Shown piece by piece: positions 51,301 to 63,441 of a stretch of DNA of 64,000 bases. Location: assembly GCA_965649765.1 (NCBI GenBank), contig OZ287753.1, forward strand, positions 70,184,001 to 70,248,000, given 5' to 3'. The position numbers and the translations under genes are program-made. The notes beneath the pieces are model-generated. The model was not told the DNA's origin and searched no databases. It saw nothing but the letters and a program-made list of their open reading frames with translations. Source of the DNA: Bispira polyomma (lineage: Eukaryota). Each line of letters begins with the position of its first letter. Within the stretch, counting starts at the first letter, position 1.

Positions 51301-53425
51301 GTTTACAATCTTTTGGTTCTTCTTGGGCTTTTTTAGCCATAGCTCGAGTCACAGCACAGGAGGGAAAAATACCAGGAATAACCTCTTCTAATTTCTCAGT
51401 GCTAACTAAAGTGATCGGCTTAGAAGTAACCTTAGGATCAGCAACCACCTTGCCACCTGCCAAATCATTTCCCAACAGCAAAGACACCCCTTTAATGGGT
51501 AAAGTGGGCCTGGTACCCACCACAACAGAACCAGTAACTAAGTCTGATACTAAGTTGACCTTATGTAAGGGAATGTTTACACAACCTCCTTCAATACCTT
51601 GAGCAATAATACTCTCACCAGTAGAAGTGCTTACACTCAATGGCAATACACCTTCTAAAAGTAGTGACTGAGTAGCCCCAGTGTCTCTTAGTATCCTAAT
51701 GGGAACTTGACTGGAACTACTATCTAAGGATACAAAACCCTCAGACACAAAAGGTTTGAACTCATCCCTAATCTCAGACTTGTCTAAACCAATACTAGAT
51801 TCTGTTCTATTGGGATTTGAACGCCAATTAGATTTGCTAGAAATAAAGGCATTAGGTGTTGCCTCCTTTTCTCTCCTTTTCTTAAGGAGCCAACAGTCAG
51901 ACATAACATGCCCAGGTTTTTTACAGTAATGGCACACAGGAGCAAAGGACCTAGGTTTCCTATCCTTACTCATTGTCTGATTTGTTATTTGAAACTTATC
52001 TGAACTCTTTTCTGGAGCTACATTTTCTAATTTCTTTCCTACTTCAGGATAAAACTTCTTTGTGGGACCAGAGGATTTACTCTTGTTAAAAGTGGACTTG
52101 TGAGTCAGCGCATAATCATCAGCATAAGCTGCTGCTTTTTGCAAATTTTCTACTTTCTGTTCATCCAGATAGGTTTTAATGTCATCACGAACACTCCTTT
52201 TGAACTCCTCAATTAAAATGACTTGCCTAAGCTTTTCAAAGTCTGTACCAACTTCTCTAGAATTACACCATCTGTCAAAGTACACCTCTTTTTCATGGGA
52301 AAATTCAACATAAGTTTGATTTTCTTGCTTACGGTAATTTCTGAATTTTTGACGATATGCTTCTGGTACCAACTCATATGCTTTCAAGATAGCATTTTTC
52401 ACACAGTCATAATCTCTACATTCAGAAATTGGCAAAGCTGTATATGCCTCTTGGGCTTTGCCTTTGAAAACACTTTGCAGCAATAAAGGCCACTGGTTTG
52501 TGGGCCCTTTCAAATTTTGAGCCACTCGCTCAAAGTGTTGAAAATATTTATCAACTTCAGACTCGTTGAAAGGTGGCACCAGTCGCATATTTTTACCCAA
52601 ATCAAATTTGGTTGCCATGGACTCTTCATGGGCAATTCGGCGAGCATTGAGTTCCAAAGCCTTCATTTCCCTTTTATGCTCAAGCTCTTTTTCAAATTTT
52701 TGAGCTTCGAGCTCTTCTTTTCGCCTTTGAGCCTCAAGCTCTTCTTTTCGCCTTTGAGCCTCAAGCTCTTCTTTTCGCCTTTGAGCCTCAAGCTCTTCTT
52801 TTCGCCTTTGAGCCTCAAGCTCTTCTTTTCTCTGTTGTTGCTGAGCTTCAAGCTCTTTAAGTTTTAGCTCTCTTTCAATTTCTAATCGCCTGATCTCAAA
52901 TTGCCCAGAAGGTTCCATTGGCAGAGGTTCATACACTTCTAAACAACTATCATGCAAAAGGTCTTCATCAACTAACTGTTCAACAATAAGCCTTTTTTGA
53001 GCTTCGAGCTCTTCTTTTCGCCTTTGAGCCTCAAGCTCTTCTTTTCGCCTTTGAGCCTCAAGCTCTTCTTTTCGCCTTTGAGCCTCAAGCTCTTCTTTTC
53101 GCCTTTGAGCCTCAAGCTCTTCTTTTCTCTGTTGTTGCTGAGCTTCAAGCTCTTTAAGTTTTAGCTCTCTTTCAATTTCTAATCGCCTGATCTCAAATTG
53201 CCCAGAAGGTTCCATTGGCAGAGGTTCATACACTTCTAAACAACTATCATGCAAAAGGTCTTCATCAACTAACTGTTCAACAATAAGCCTTTTAAGTTCA
53301 TGTTTACGTGTTGACCTTTTCACATCTAACTGTAATTCCTGTGCTATCTGCATTAACATATCTTTTTTAAAAGTTTCTAGAACCTCAATAGATGGTGACT
53401 GTACAAACTCTTTAGCACTAGCCAT
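48356..53425 (-). CDS. Gag(SCAN-like)-CCHC-PR-IN-RT-RNaseH polyprotein
   Basis: ELVPEAYRQKFRN...IEEFK (SCAN-like); CHYCKKPGHVMSDC; LRDTGA; integrase HHCC plus IDCVGP/SDQGSNF/ERFH and GPY; RT YVDD; RNase H VDAS...DALSR. First ATG (MASAKEF) at 53425. Confidence 0.96.
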   Translation of the reverse strand: MASAKEFVQSPSIEVLETFKKDMLMQIAQELQLDVKRSTRKHELKRLIVEQLVDEDLLHDSCLEVYEPLPMEPSGQFEIRRLEIERELKLKELEAQQQQRKEELEAQRRKEELEAQRRKEELEAQRRKEELEAQRRKEELEAQKRLIVEQLVDEDLLHDSCLEVYEPLPMEPSGQFEIRRLEIERELKLKELEAQQQQRKEELEAQRRKEELEAQRRKEELEAQRRKEELEAQRRKEELEAQKFEKELEHKREMKALELNARRIAHEESMATKFDLGKNMRLVPPFNESEVDKYFQHFERVAQNLKGPTNQWPLLLQSVFKGKAQEAYTALPISECRDYDCVKNAILKAYELVPEAYRQKFRNYRKQENQTYVEFSHEKEVYFDRWCNSREVGTDFEKLRQVILIEEFKRSVRDDIKTYLDEQKVENLQKAAAYADDYALTHKSTFNKSKSSGPTKKFYPEVGKKLENVAPEKSSDKFQITNQTMSKDRKPRSFAPVCHYCKKPGHVMSDCWLLKKRREKEATPNAFISSKSNWRSNPNRTESSIGLDKSEIRDEFKPFVSEGFVSLDSSSSQVPIRILRDTGATQSLLLEGVLPLSVSTSTGESIIAQGIEGGCVNIPLHKVNLVSDLVTGSVVVGTRPTLPIKGVSLLLGNDLAGGKVVADPKVTSKPITLVSTEKLEEVIPGIFPSCAVTRAMAKKAQEEPKDCKQSTDVLVDLSDTFLNNCDHDVQNHSDIDPKGRKDSEKQDQFDDPEVSLSKSKLIVEQENDPELAPLFKLVLPPVELDKVPVGYYIRNGVLMRKWRPPSVPTSENWSILHQIVLPKMYQNDVLRLAHESPMGGHLGINKTYGKITKHFYWPQIRRCVAEFCKTCHICQVVGKPNQKIPVAPLKPIPAFEEPFSKVIIDCVGPLPKTKSRNQYLLTIICASTRFPEAIPLTNITAPKISKALINFFTLVGLPKEIQSDQGSNFMSGLFQQVVFQLGAKQIKSSAYHPESQDALERFHSTLKNMIRTYCLDNEKNWDEGINLLLFAVRESVQESLGFSPFELVFGHSVRGPLKLLKENWLSENSESLNLLDYVSKFRSRLKKACELAQQNLKYSQSKMKRLYDRKSQNRVFKPGDKVLVLLPVQGNTLQARYHGPYKVLKRVGDLDYVIETPDRRKSTQLCHVNMVKPYFERGVTKPVMATDCNVENDNNQEHEAWGDTPDVEVKCKIRLSNSEILADLETKLNHVTPDKRIPLSELLLKYKSVFPDAPNRTNVLMHDVDVGNAIPVKHHPYRVNPIKLEKLRKEVQYMLDKDIIEPSQSSWASPCVLVPKPDGSIRYCTDYRKVNVLSKTDSFPIPRMEDCIDRIGKAKYITKCDLLKGYWCVPLTERAKEISAFVTPDGLYQYKVMPFGMKNSQATFQRLMNICLKNLEGVEVYVDDIVIFSDTWEEHLKRLEQVLFQFKQANLTVNLSKSDFVKAKVVYLGHVVGHGVVTPIKVKVENIIDYPIPKNKKSLMRFLGMSGYYRKFCKNFSDVTAPLTELLKKNVKYHWSEACQKAFDKVKNVLCPEPVLAAPDFSRPFRLAVDASDVGAGAVLLQTDDEDIEHPICYFSKKFNVHQKNYSTIEKECLALILAIKHFDIYISSSSKPTIVYTDHNPLVFLHKMKNKNRRLLNWSLVLQEYSLQIEHVKGKDNICVDALSRSCS

Positions 53426-53511
53426 TTTGAGCACTCTTGACTGTAATATATTTTCAAACAAAATAAATGATTTTTCAAAAAGCTATAAAAATAGTTAGAT
53501 CAAATGGTAAG

Positions 53512-53529
53512 ATCCCGGACGAGCACCCA
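53512..53529 (-). promoter_or_regulatory. Primer-binding site, tRNA-Pro
   Basis: tgggtgctcgtccgggat, complementary to the tRNA-Pro 3' end with one mismatch; 7 nt from the LTR. Confidence 0.88.
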
Positions 53530-54899
53530 ATTTTCCTGTTACGGTCACGGGAGCAAGCGCGGTAGCAATTACCGGTTGCTTTGAGGTTGTAACAGGAAAA
53601 GACAAAAAGTTTCACTTAACAAATTTATTTAACAAATAAAATAACAATTATAGAATTACAGAATTACAGTCAACTGAGATACCCTTTATAGTTCACACAA
53701 TAATACAATAATGAAATCAATCTGACCTGACCACAGTCCTGTCCTCTTAAATAACAATTAAACAAGTTTGTCCACTGTATCCAGCAATCTGTCTTGAAAT
53801 CCGCTCACTGTCCACACAATGCCTGTATCCTGTTATCTGTCCAGTGTCCACGAACACAAAATGTATATATCCAGAGAGTCTGCACAACTAAGCTATCTAG
53901 TCCAGGATGCAAACAATATCCAATTTACAGCAAATCCAATCTCTGGTAGATCCACAACTTTATATCCAGTTCACTCCAATGAGTTCACCACAAAATGTAT
54001 ATAACAAACAGTTTATATCCACAGGAGAAGAAATAAAATGCCTCACAGCACAGCAGCTCACATAGCAGTTCATATAGCACCTCAGCCCAATCAACTCTGG
54101 TCTGTGGCCAGGCTGTCAACCCTTATATATACAACTGCTAGACAAGGCTCTAGAATATGTAAACAATCGATAGGACATTCCAGAGATGAGATATACATAT
54201 GAATACAACTTTAATGACCTTCAGAAACAAAATAGAACCGGCTTCTAGAAGCTTAGGGGTTTCCCCAATTCTATAAATAGATCACTCTAGCAGAGTGCTT
54301 TAACATGCCACAATGTCCTTATATGTAACATCATACCATAAGTGTAGTACAATGTATGTTTATGTAACATCCAATTGCAGGAGGTACGTTAATAGGTGAT
54401 AAAATGTGAAAGACATTAAGTTTTCAAGATTGATTTTTTTAATTCTGTCATCGAAATTTAGAAGAAAGACACCATATACTTCTACAACATATGTCTGTTT
54501 TGGTAAACATGCAAAACACCAGGTTTGCCCACAACTTCTACGAACTATGAAACTTTCCTCATGGTTAAAATAAGGATTTTAATTACTGTATTCACACAGA
54601 CTAGATAAAAAGAGCCTGGGCTCGTATTCTTAAAGACGACTAAAGCCCAACTCAGACTCAAATTAGTTCAACTCTGCCATTTTAATGGAAATAAAATATA
54701 CTTGTAACCATTCAATTTAATAGAGCTTTTGACACTGAATTCAAATATGGAGTCAGATTTTACCTATCTATACTCCAGCCTGAAATATTTGTACCTCAGA
54801 TTTAAATTTTCTTTCTATATGACACACACCAAGAATTCAGCAAATAAGTTGTTATGTGGTCAGAATAAAACATGTACATGATCGTATATGAACATATAT

Positions 54900-56525
54900 T
54901 ATTGTATTGTTTTGTGCATTTTTAATGCACCTTATTGATGCTAGGCATCTTCTAAGGCGCAACATCAGAATCAATCAGCCAATAGTAAAATGAAAAACAT
55001 AGCCAGGTTGTAAGGATGGATGCGTCACCGCTCAGGAAAAGGACTACGGCGGATAGGCGAGTCTGAAGAGATAGGTTTTAAGCTTTTTCCTAAAACCCAA
55101 AAGTGTTTCAAGCAGTCTAAGTTCAGCTGGAAGACTGTTCCATAAACTAGGTGCAGCCACCGAGAAGGCTCTAGATCCAACCCTCTTGGTGTTTTTTTTG
55201 TTAGGAAACATAATGTCTTTTTTCCCTCTTAAGGCTGCTGAGGGAGAGTTTAGTAGCAAGGTAGTAAGGCTGTTGAGAGACAATAGCTTAAAAAAAATAG
55301 TTACGTACATTTTAAACAGGATTCGATAGTGAATAGGAAGCCACTGAAGTTTCTTGAGGTATGGAGTGACATCAGTACGGATTCCCAGATGAAAGATGAC
55401 TCTACATAGATAGTTTTGTATGGACTGCAACTTGTTAATTTGGTACTTATTAGCTCCATACAGAAAATAATTACAGTAGTCAAGGCGGCTACTTACAAGA
55501 GTGTTGGCCACAGTGATAGCAGTATCCAGTGACAAATAATTTCTGATTCTTTTAAGGTCCTGAATGTGATAGTAACAGGAGCGGCGGATGCTGTTAATGT
55601 GAGGAAGAAATGAAAAAGCAGGGTCGATAGTGACACCTTTTGACCTGGTCTGTATGTTGAATCTAATTACCCAGCAGTGTGATTGGGAAAAGTGATCTGA
55701 CGTGTTCACTGTGTTTCTTATTTCCAATTAGGATGCATTCAGTTTTGTCAGGGTTTAGTTTTAGTTTGGAGTAGTTCATCCACGCCTGAACTGAGGAGAG
55801 ACAGTCGGCAAGTAAATCCAGGTTGTGTCTGGCATTCTGAGTGTCATCAGCATACATGTGATGTTTAACATTGTGATTCTTGATGACTGCACTGAGAGGA
55901 TGGGTGTAGAGGGTAAACAGTAAAGGGCCGAGAACCGACCCCTGGGGTACTTCAAATGGTAGGTTAAAAGAGAATGAAAAGTGGTCGCCCAATTTGATTT
56001 TTTGGGTTCTAAGAGCAAGGTATGATTTGATCCAATCAAGGACAGTACCATTAAGACCAAAACACTGTTTAGGGTGTCAAAGAGTAAGCCATGGTCGATG
56101 GTATCAAAACCTGTGGAGAGATCGAGAAGGGTGAGGGCTACAGTTTCATCACGATCCAAGGCAAGGTTAATGTCATCACTGATTGAAAGGAGGGCACTCT
56201 CCATGGAGTGAAATTTTCTGTAGGCAGATTGGTGGCAGTTAGCTAGATTTTATTAAGGTGATCATGAATTTCTTTAGCAACAGCTTTCTCAATAAGTTTA
56301 GATACAAAGCTGGTGTTAGAGACTGGTCTATAATTTTTTAGCCCATTTTTGTCAAGGCCTGGTTTTTTTCAGCAAGGGGGCGACATATGCAGTTTGTAAC
56401 AAGAGGGGAAAATACCATCCCTAAGCGAAAAATTTGTGAAAAAAGTGATAAGAGTTATGAGAATGTCTAGACATTCTTTGAGAACAGTGACAGGGATAGG
56501 ATCCAGTTCACAGGATTTGGTGGGT
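54900..56525 (-). mobile_element. Decayed 5'-truncated L2/CR1-type LINE (RT and 3' end)
   Basis: SCELDPIP, YRPVSN, LLDLSTGFDTIDH, VPQGSVLGPLLF, YADDTQ, SRLDYCN, AAPSLWNSLP. Confidence 0.88.
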
Positions 56526-58618
56526 TTCTATTAGGTTTCACATAGATTATAGCTTCGAAATAAATCACGCAATTTGATGAATCATGAGGTTTTACTAGAA
56601 AACATGATATTAATCGTCTTCCATATGGTGTCTGTCAAAGACAGACTCATTGCAGACTCATTGCTTGTTCTAAGAAGAAGTCATCAGAGTACAATATGTT
56701 AGCTGTCTAGAAGGAGGAAGGCATTGTCTATATATACATGCTATTTTTTTACCTGGTACTTCAGGTGGAACTGATGAAACCTTTTAGTTGGTGACCATAG
56801 TACACAGTTGTTGGGAGTATTTCGAAAAGGAGGTAAGATTGTATTAGGGGTAAAAAAACTATTTGTAAGATTGATGATTATAGTTGTGTTGAAACTAGTA
56901 TAAGCTCCCCAAGTTAGGATGTATCATACTTGGGCATTTAGCAGTTTTCGGAATGTTATAGTATCTTGCAGCCTGCTGGTTAGGAAGTTGGTCACCTGAT
57001 CAGAAGATCCCCCTGTTTAACTCTCTATTGGAGAAGTTTGTGATCGGCATGATGATAACGTCATTGGGGGATAACATCGTTTGGCAGGGTGTGAACATGT
57101 CGGAGCCCAATGATAACAATCATGTCTATGTTAGAGGATTATATATAAATGCTCAATAATAATAATAATAATACATAACTCTCCTTGTCTGTGTTAAGCG
57201 TTAGGTTGAGTTGAGCTTAAGTTTTTGCAAGTGTGCAGTCAGGAATCAAAAGGATATGCTTGGTGATGTTAAGGCAATCTCTTGTTGTTATTCAATTGTT
57301 GAAAGTGGGCATTGTTTCCGGGTAATGGCTATTTTGGTTCAGGCAATGAACAATTATTGATATATCGCTGAAAACTAATCTTATATATCCAATTTTTCAT
57401 AAAATTATGCAAATATGCAATGTTTTTTTTCTAAAGCTACCACGTTATTACATTTACATTACTTACTTTACTAAATACATTATTTATCATGTTATTTTTC
57501 ATAAAAATACATGAATTTTCTGCAGTATAATCTCTAGGTATCAAAATAAAATATTGACATAGGTTGGACATAGGTTTTATTAATTGACGGTATTAGTGTA
57601 CTAATGCAAATTACTTTTTGCATCTTAATGCAAAACATATATTTTAAGAACATTTTCGCTTTACTAATCAAATGTATCTTTCTCCTTATTAAACAGAGAT
57701 CACCACTATCAAAAGCTGAAAAAAATATTGACTATGTAGTTAAAGTGCAGAAAAATATTCGAAAGTGTTCATTACTGGAAAAAGTTATGCCCACTTTACA
57801 CAATCCCTTTAGAGTTTTTCTGATGTAAGTATTGTTTATTTGTATTTATATTTATAACTTAATTTTCCTTAACACAATTGAAGCACCCATAATTCTAAGT
57901 AGTGAATTTTCTGGTTATGTCAACAGTACTTGTTTTATAACTAGCATTATAATAAGTATATAAGCTGTGTTCAAGTAAACTTCACTATGTTGTTATTACA
58001 AAGACTATTGTATAATTTCCTGGAACGTTGTATAACGTCATTGAGACCCCATCCACTATATATTACATATTCAGGGTTGCTAAAATGAATACATAAAATA
58101 ACATACAGCACCCACATTTGGTAAAAAAGAATATATTGTGATGCATATCCAAGTAGCATGCTGGAACATTAACAGAATGTATTTGTAAGGTTGAGTCATG
58201 ATTTTAAGAGGCATTTGTGAATTTTCTTTACATCGTAGTTGTCAGAGTAAGAGTTAAAGTGTATGCAGCATAAAAATAAAATGTGCAGCTGTTTAAGTTA
58301 CAAAAGCAATCAATATCATATTTTAATGAAACTCATTTTGATTTAATTATCGTCCAGACATTTAACAAAAGGTATTTTGCTCATTATATCATTGTATGAA
58401 AGCCTTTTGCCTAAACAAAAGCCATCAGCCTAGAATCCATTAAAAACAAATTCCATTTTAAACATCACTATTCATGTAAAGCTTGTTCCAGTTCAATTTA
58501 ATTTGAAATTTTCGCATAACTTGATAATAGAGCATTCACTAATGCAAGTAAGCAATTTTAGCATCCATCTAGGATTGAACCTAGGTTACCGGTGATTCAA
58601 CTCCTATGTTGGTAGTTT

Positions 58619-59231
58619 ATATTAGAACCAAATGTTATAAGATGATACAAGATATCAGCTGAAGTCAGTTTATTGCATGATTGTTTACAAACAAGAGGTG
58701 AAAGCAAGATTGTACAACTAGAACACTTGTCTTATTAGCCTTTAGCAAAATCACAATATATGGCAGGGAATCTGGTACTTAGGATCAAGTATAATATATA
58801 TTAGACAGATGCAGTAGACTCACTGTGGCTAGAACTAGTATACATCAAATTTCGATGAAACTGGACCCAGAAATTAGAAGCTAGTGTGAAATGAGGTATA
58901 AGTAGAACTTCTCCACAACTAGCTATTATATTAGAACCAAATGTTATAAGATGATACAAGATATGAGTTAAAGTCAGTTTCATGCATTATTGTTTACAAA
59001 CAAGAGGTGAAAGCAAGATTGTAGAACTAGAACACTTGTCTTATTAGCCTTTAGCAGAATCACAATATATGGCAGGGAATCTGATACCTAGGATCAAGTA
59101 TAATATATATTAGACAGAGGCATTAGACTCACTGTAGCTAGAACTAATATACATCAAATTTCGATGAAACTGGAAGCACAAATTAGAAGCTAGTGTGAAA
59201 TGAGGTATAAGTAAAACTTCTCCACAACTAG
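58619..59231. repeat. ~310-bp tandem duplication
   Basis: 58619-58921 matches 58929-59231 with several mismatches. Confidence 0.9.
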
Positions 59232-59423
59232 ACTCCAATATTGGATATTGGACATTGGACTTTTACAGACACTACAATGTGGGTGGCTATATAAAAGTAC
59301 TTAAAGTACTCCTCAGCAATACAATGGTACACCAACAGTTAAGGTAGCAAAATGAAGATTATAAATATTATCCATTGTTTACATTAAAGGATCCCTATCG
59401 AAGAAGTAGTGGAGAAAAGAAAG

Positions 59424-61970
59424 ATGTATTTCAACTTCTGGATGATATTGGTGTTACCCTTGGCCTACACAGAGACTACGCCTTTCAGTTAGTGTAATAT
59501 GTTCTTATGGCCTGGTCACACCTTCACGTGCTAACGTTCCCAAACGTAGCAAAGCATACAAACTAAAAACCTGGTAGCTTCATGTCAAAGTAATGTCATT
59601 TTCATAAAAGGGGATTGTGACATTTTTGTTATGTTTCATGATGTTCCGTGACAATGTTGGTACTTGTACACACAAAGAGGGGGCAAAAAAATGGACCCTT
59701 TACTGGTAGGATATCACTACCTACTACTAGGTAGAGCTAACGTACTGCTACTTACGGCTGCGTTCTGCTGCCTTTTGCTACTCAGTGAAACTTTCTCGAC
59801 TAATGGGGACGATCTCACTACTTACTGGGACTCCCTCGCTACCTACTAATATATATAACTACTTACTGATACATCTATACTACTTTCAGAAATGTTCTGG
59901 GATGAACAGAGAAACGGGGAGAAACGGGAGCTGTGACTTTAGTGTTTCAAACAGTTTGAAAAACTACACGCAGAAGACAAAATGGAGACGTTTCCGGAAT
60001 GATACCATCCGTTAATCAACGTCCCGAAACGAACACACCAGGGATCATCACTGCCTACTACGTTTCAAAACGTTTCTCAAATTAACACAATGTGACACAA
60101 ACATATTTCTAGAACGTGTAGGTGTGACCAGGACATAAGTGTTACAAATTAGACGTTCATCAGTATAATCTGAACTTAATTGGGTTTAAACATTAGGTTA
60201 CTCATTACTCAATGTAGGAATAAACTATGGCTAAGATAACTTTAAATAATTGACTTACGGCAAGTGCCTGTCAAACTTTTTCACAAACAGGTACCTAGGC
60301 CACTGTGGACCCCTCTATAAGAAGATATTATTAGAATGCATACCTCTTCCATGGGGCCACATAATTTTTTCACGACCCATGCAAGGACCATGCAAGGGCC
60401 ACGTTACAGTCACAGGTGACAATATTAATTTGAATACAGTATGTAAAAAAGTGTCACGCTCTTCCTGTGTACAGATGGTAACCATTTTGTGTCAAAACTG
60501 ACAGTCACAATGTTTTTCCATGTTTGATGTTGATACCTGGTAGATTCTAAAGTACCCCCAATTAGTGAAACACTTTGTTATAGTGCATTTGTTTGGCTGG
60601 GTCCAATGATATTTCATTATATGGAGGTTTTACTATATTTAGCTATCATTCAAGAATGCAGTGAGTTTGGGGATGAGAAGTTGCTAAGTTGTTTATCTCA
60701 GAACTGTCCATCTGATATGATACAGTGCCCTAATCAAAGTAAGTATCCAAAGGTCCAAGTACAAGGGCTTGGTTTATTTGACTTTGCAATACATTTTAAT
60801 AGTGACCATGTAAAATCTAGTTGATAGTTATTTGATATATCAATAGTACCTAGACATTCTACAAGTTCAATTGTATTGAAAACAATTTTGATTGCAAGGT
60901 GACTTTCCATTATCCAGGAGTTTGTTTACTCATTGTACTGTGCAAGGGACCTGCATTATGAATGAGTCTGTATGACTCATTCTACTGTGCAAGAGACCTG
61001 CATTATCCATTAGTTTACCTGCTATATATTGTCCATATTTCCTTGTACTGTGACTAAGACCTGCATTATTCCTTAGTTCATCTGCTACATATTGTCTATA
61101 TTTCCTTGTAATGCGTTAGAAACCTGCATTATCCCTTAGTTTGCCTGCTATATATTGTCTATATTTCCTTCTGCTGCTTTAGGCACGTGCATTTTTAAAG
61201 AGAGTGTCTGTGATGGTTATACTGACTGTAAGAATGGAGAAGAGGAAGACTTGGAATTCTGCAATGCAGCCGGAATTAAGCCTCATTGTTATATACCTGA
61301 CTACAACCCATGTCCTTATCAAGGTTAGATTTGTGAGTGATAAAAATGTTCCCTCTTCAAAATATATTTCACTTATTTTTTTCTCACAAGAAACATGTTT
61401 AGCCCTTAAGTTTTGAACAATATAAAATTTATCTTTTTGTGACTAGAGTTATGAAGTTCTATGGCCAAACATTTAAAATATTTTCATGGTAATCTAGTAC
61501 TTTAACTAGAGTGTCAACGTCTATATATACAACACACTTGATGGTGATACGATGCTGACATTATCCCATAATCATTAAACTGTCATTAGTGCAATTTTTC
61601 TTACAGTTAACAATTCGATTGGATGACTCTATAATTCGCCGCAGAGCCACAGCCATATTGGATTAGAAGTATGAATGCATAACACTAATTCCTTGGGATA
61701 AAACTAGATCCTAATGCTGTGCTAGTAGGAATAACTACCTCCTATATGTCCATGCCATGTCCAGTGAAGTCTCAAATTTTATCTGTTTCCACGTTTAGTC
61801 TATTTTATTTGTTGTTTTTATCACAGTACAGGGATACTTAACCTGTTTACCGTCAAGTTCATTTTGTGATAAGACGGTGGACTGCAGTAATGGTGAAGAT
61901 GAGAACAGTACATTATGTAACAAATGGTCAATTTGTAAAGATCTAGGGAAGACAGACTGCCCTAACTCAG
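59424..61970 (+). CDS. Secreted or membrane LDL-receptor class A repeat protein, exons 59424-59487, 60643-60738, 61183-61323, 61827-61970; continues beyond the last exon found
   Basis: GT-AG, phase-1 introns. MYFNFWMILVLPLAYTE signal-like start, then CPSDMIQCPNQSTCIFKESVCDGYTDCKNGEEE and CLPSSSFCDKTVDCSNGEDE LDLa motifs. Confidence 0.78.
59508..60135. mobile_element. PIF/Harbinger-type MITE in an LDLa-gene intron
   Basis: TIRs tggcctggtcacacc / ggtgtgaccaggaca flanked by tta and taa. Confidence 0.78.
60925..61170. repeat. Degenerate ~50-62-bp tandem repeat (acctgcattat core) ending at a splice acceptor
   Basis: About 4 copies. Confidence 0.7.
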
Positions 61971-63089
61971 GTAACTTATGCAAGGCTCGCAAATCTTAAA
62001 AGAAAGTCTCAAAGTCCATGTGTAACTATAGTATATGCTGTACTGTGCAGGCAATATGTGTATATTATCAATGTCCTGCATTATCTGTGTGTATTTGTCT
62101 TATTGCCAGACTTCTGCATCACCTACGAGTATGCCTGTCATGGACAGTGCCTAACACACCCCATCTGAATAATAAAGTTAACTTGGGGGTATATTGAATT
62201 TATTATAAATATGTATATAGATAATTCAAATTGTATAAGTATGACTCTAACTACTTGTATATTTACATCTCTTTATAGTTTACACAATTAACTTTAAGTA
62301 TATAGCCACATTTTAAAACCTTAAGTTGAGGTTTACATAATTAACTTTAAGAAAATCAAATAGCAAAATCAAATTATAATAGCAATGGATGTGTACATAA
62401 TTGTACTTGTGTCTTATAAGAAGGTGAATATACAGACTTAATGAGTAGAAGGCATGGTTGTATGGTAATAATTGTATAGTAATAAGAAATACTAGTAAAA
62501 GTAATTCCAATGTGTGTGTGCCAGACAGAAATCACACTTAATCAGGACATCTGTAGTTTTTAGTATTAGTATCTGATCTGGTTTTAGTAGTTTTATTAGA
62601 GGGTCTGCACATGATGCCTATGTAAATAGCACAGGTGAATATTACAGCCTGATGCACAATCTAAGGTCATCTTAAATTTATAATTGACCCTCAAGTCACT
62701 GGGTTTCCTAGTATTACCTACCATTTTGTCAGGTGGGTAATACCTGGCCCGGTTTTTCATCTCAACCCTGCAGTTCAACATAAACCACAGATGAATACTA
62801 TTTAAATCTATGACATTTATATATTTTTTATACAAAAACACCTCTTCCATTAGATCACTAACAAGAGAACTTACAATCGATTCCCTTTATGCAGAACTGA
62901 ATTTATTTATTTTGTGAAAATGTGAGAAGGGAAAAAATTACCTAGTCCTGCTGGGGCATTTTATTTTTAAAACTACCTGGTTAAGTGACATTAATGGTAT
63001 TTACTCTGGTTATTTCATACTATCTCCTCTACAGAACATCCACATGACTGTACAATCATATACCTTAAGTTATATATATATTAATATTT

Positions 63090-63441
63090 AATCCACAGGG
63101 GATGCATATAACGGTGTGCATTCCTTTATATAAATATATCTCCCACAGGGAATGTATATAACTGTGTACATTTATTTACACATATGTTCCACAGAGAATA
63201 CACATAACATTCCTTTACATTAATATATATTACACAGAGAATGCATATAACTGTGTACATTTATTTGTATTAATATAAAAATATTCCACAGAGAATGCAT
63301 ATAACTGTGTACATTTATTTATGCTAGTACTTACACCACACAGAATGCATATAACTGTGTACATTTATTTATGCTAGTATTTACACCACAGAGAATGCAT
63401 ATAACTGTGTACATTTATTTATGTCGATATTATACCACAGA
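63090..63441. repeat. Minisatellite (ccacagagaatgcatataactgtgtacatttattt core)
   Basis: About 7 copies of 45-57 bp. Confidence 0.85.

Larger units (their letters stand above)
47364..54330 (-). mobile_element. Full-length Gmr1-like Ty3/Gypsy LTR retrotransposon
   Basis: 794-bp LTRs (53537-54330 is 5'; 47364-48157 is 3') with 2 visible mismatches; TG...CA ends; 4-bp TSD tcat; PBS; PPT; single long ORF. Confidence 0.97.

Noticed and set aside
50577-52867. Plus-strand ORFs overlapping the Gypsy polyprotein
   Set aside because: Antisense shadows of coding and repetitive sequence.
56625-56690. Hammerhead-like hairpin (atgagtctgtctttgacagac, minus strand)
   Set aside because: Lacks the GAAA after stem II and an intact adjacent CUGAUGA.
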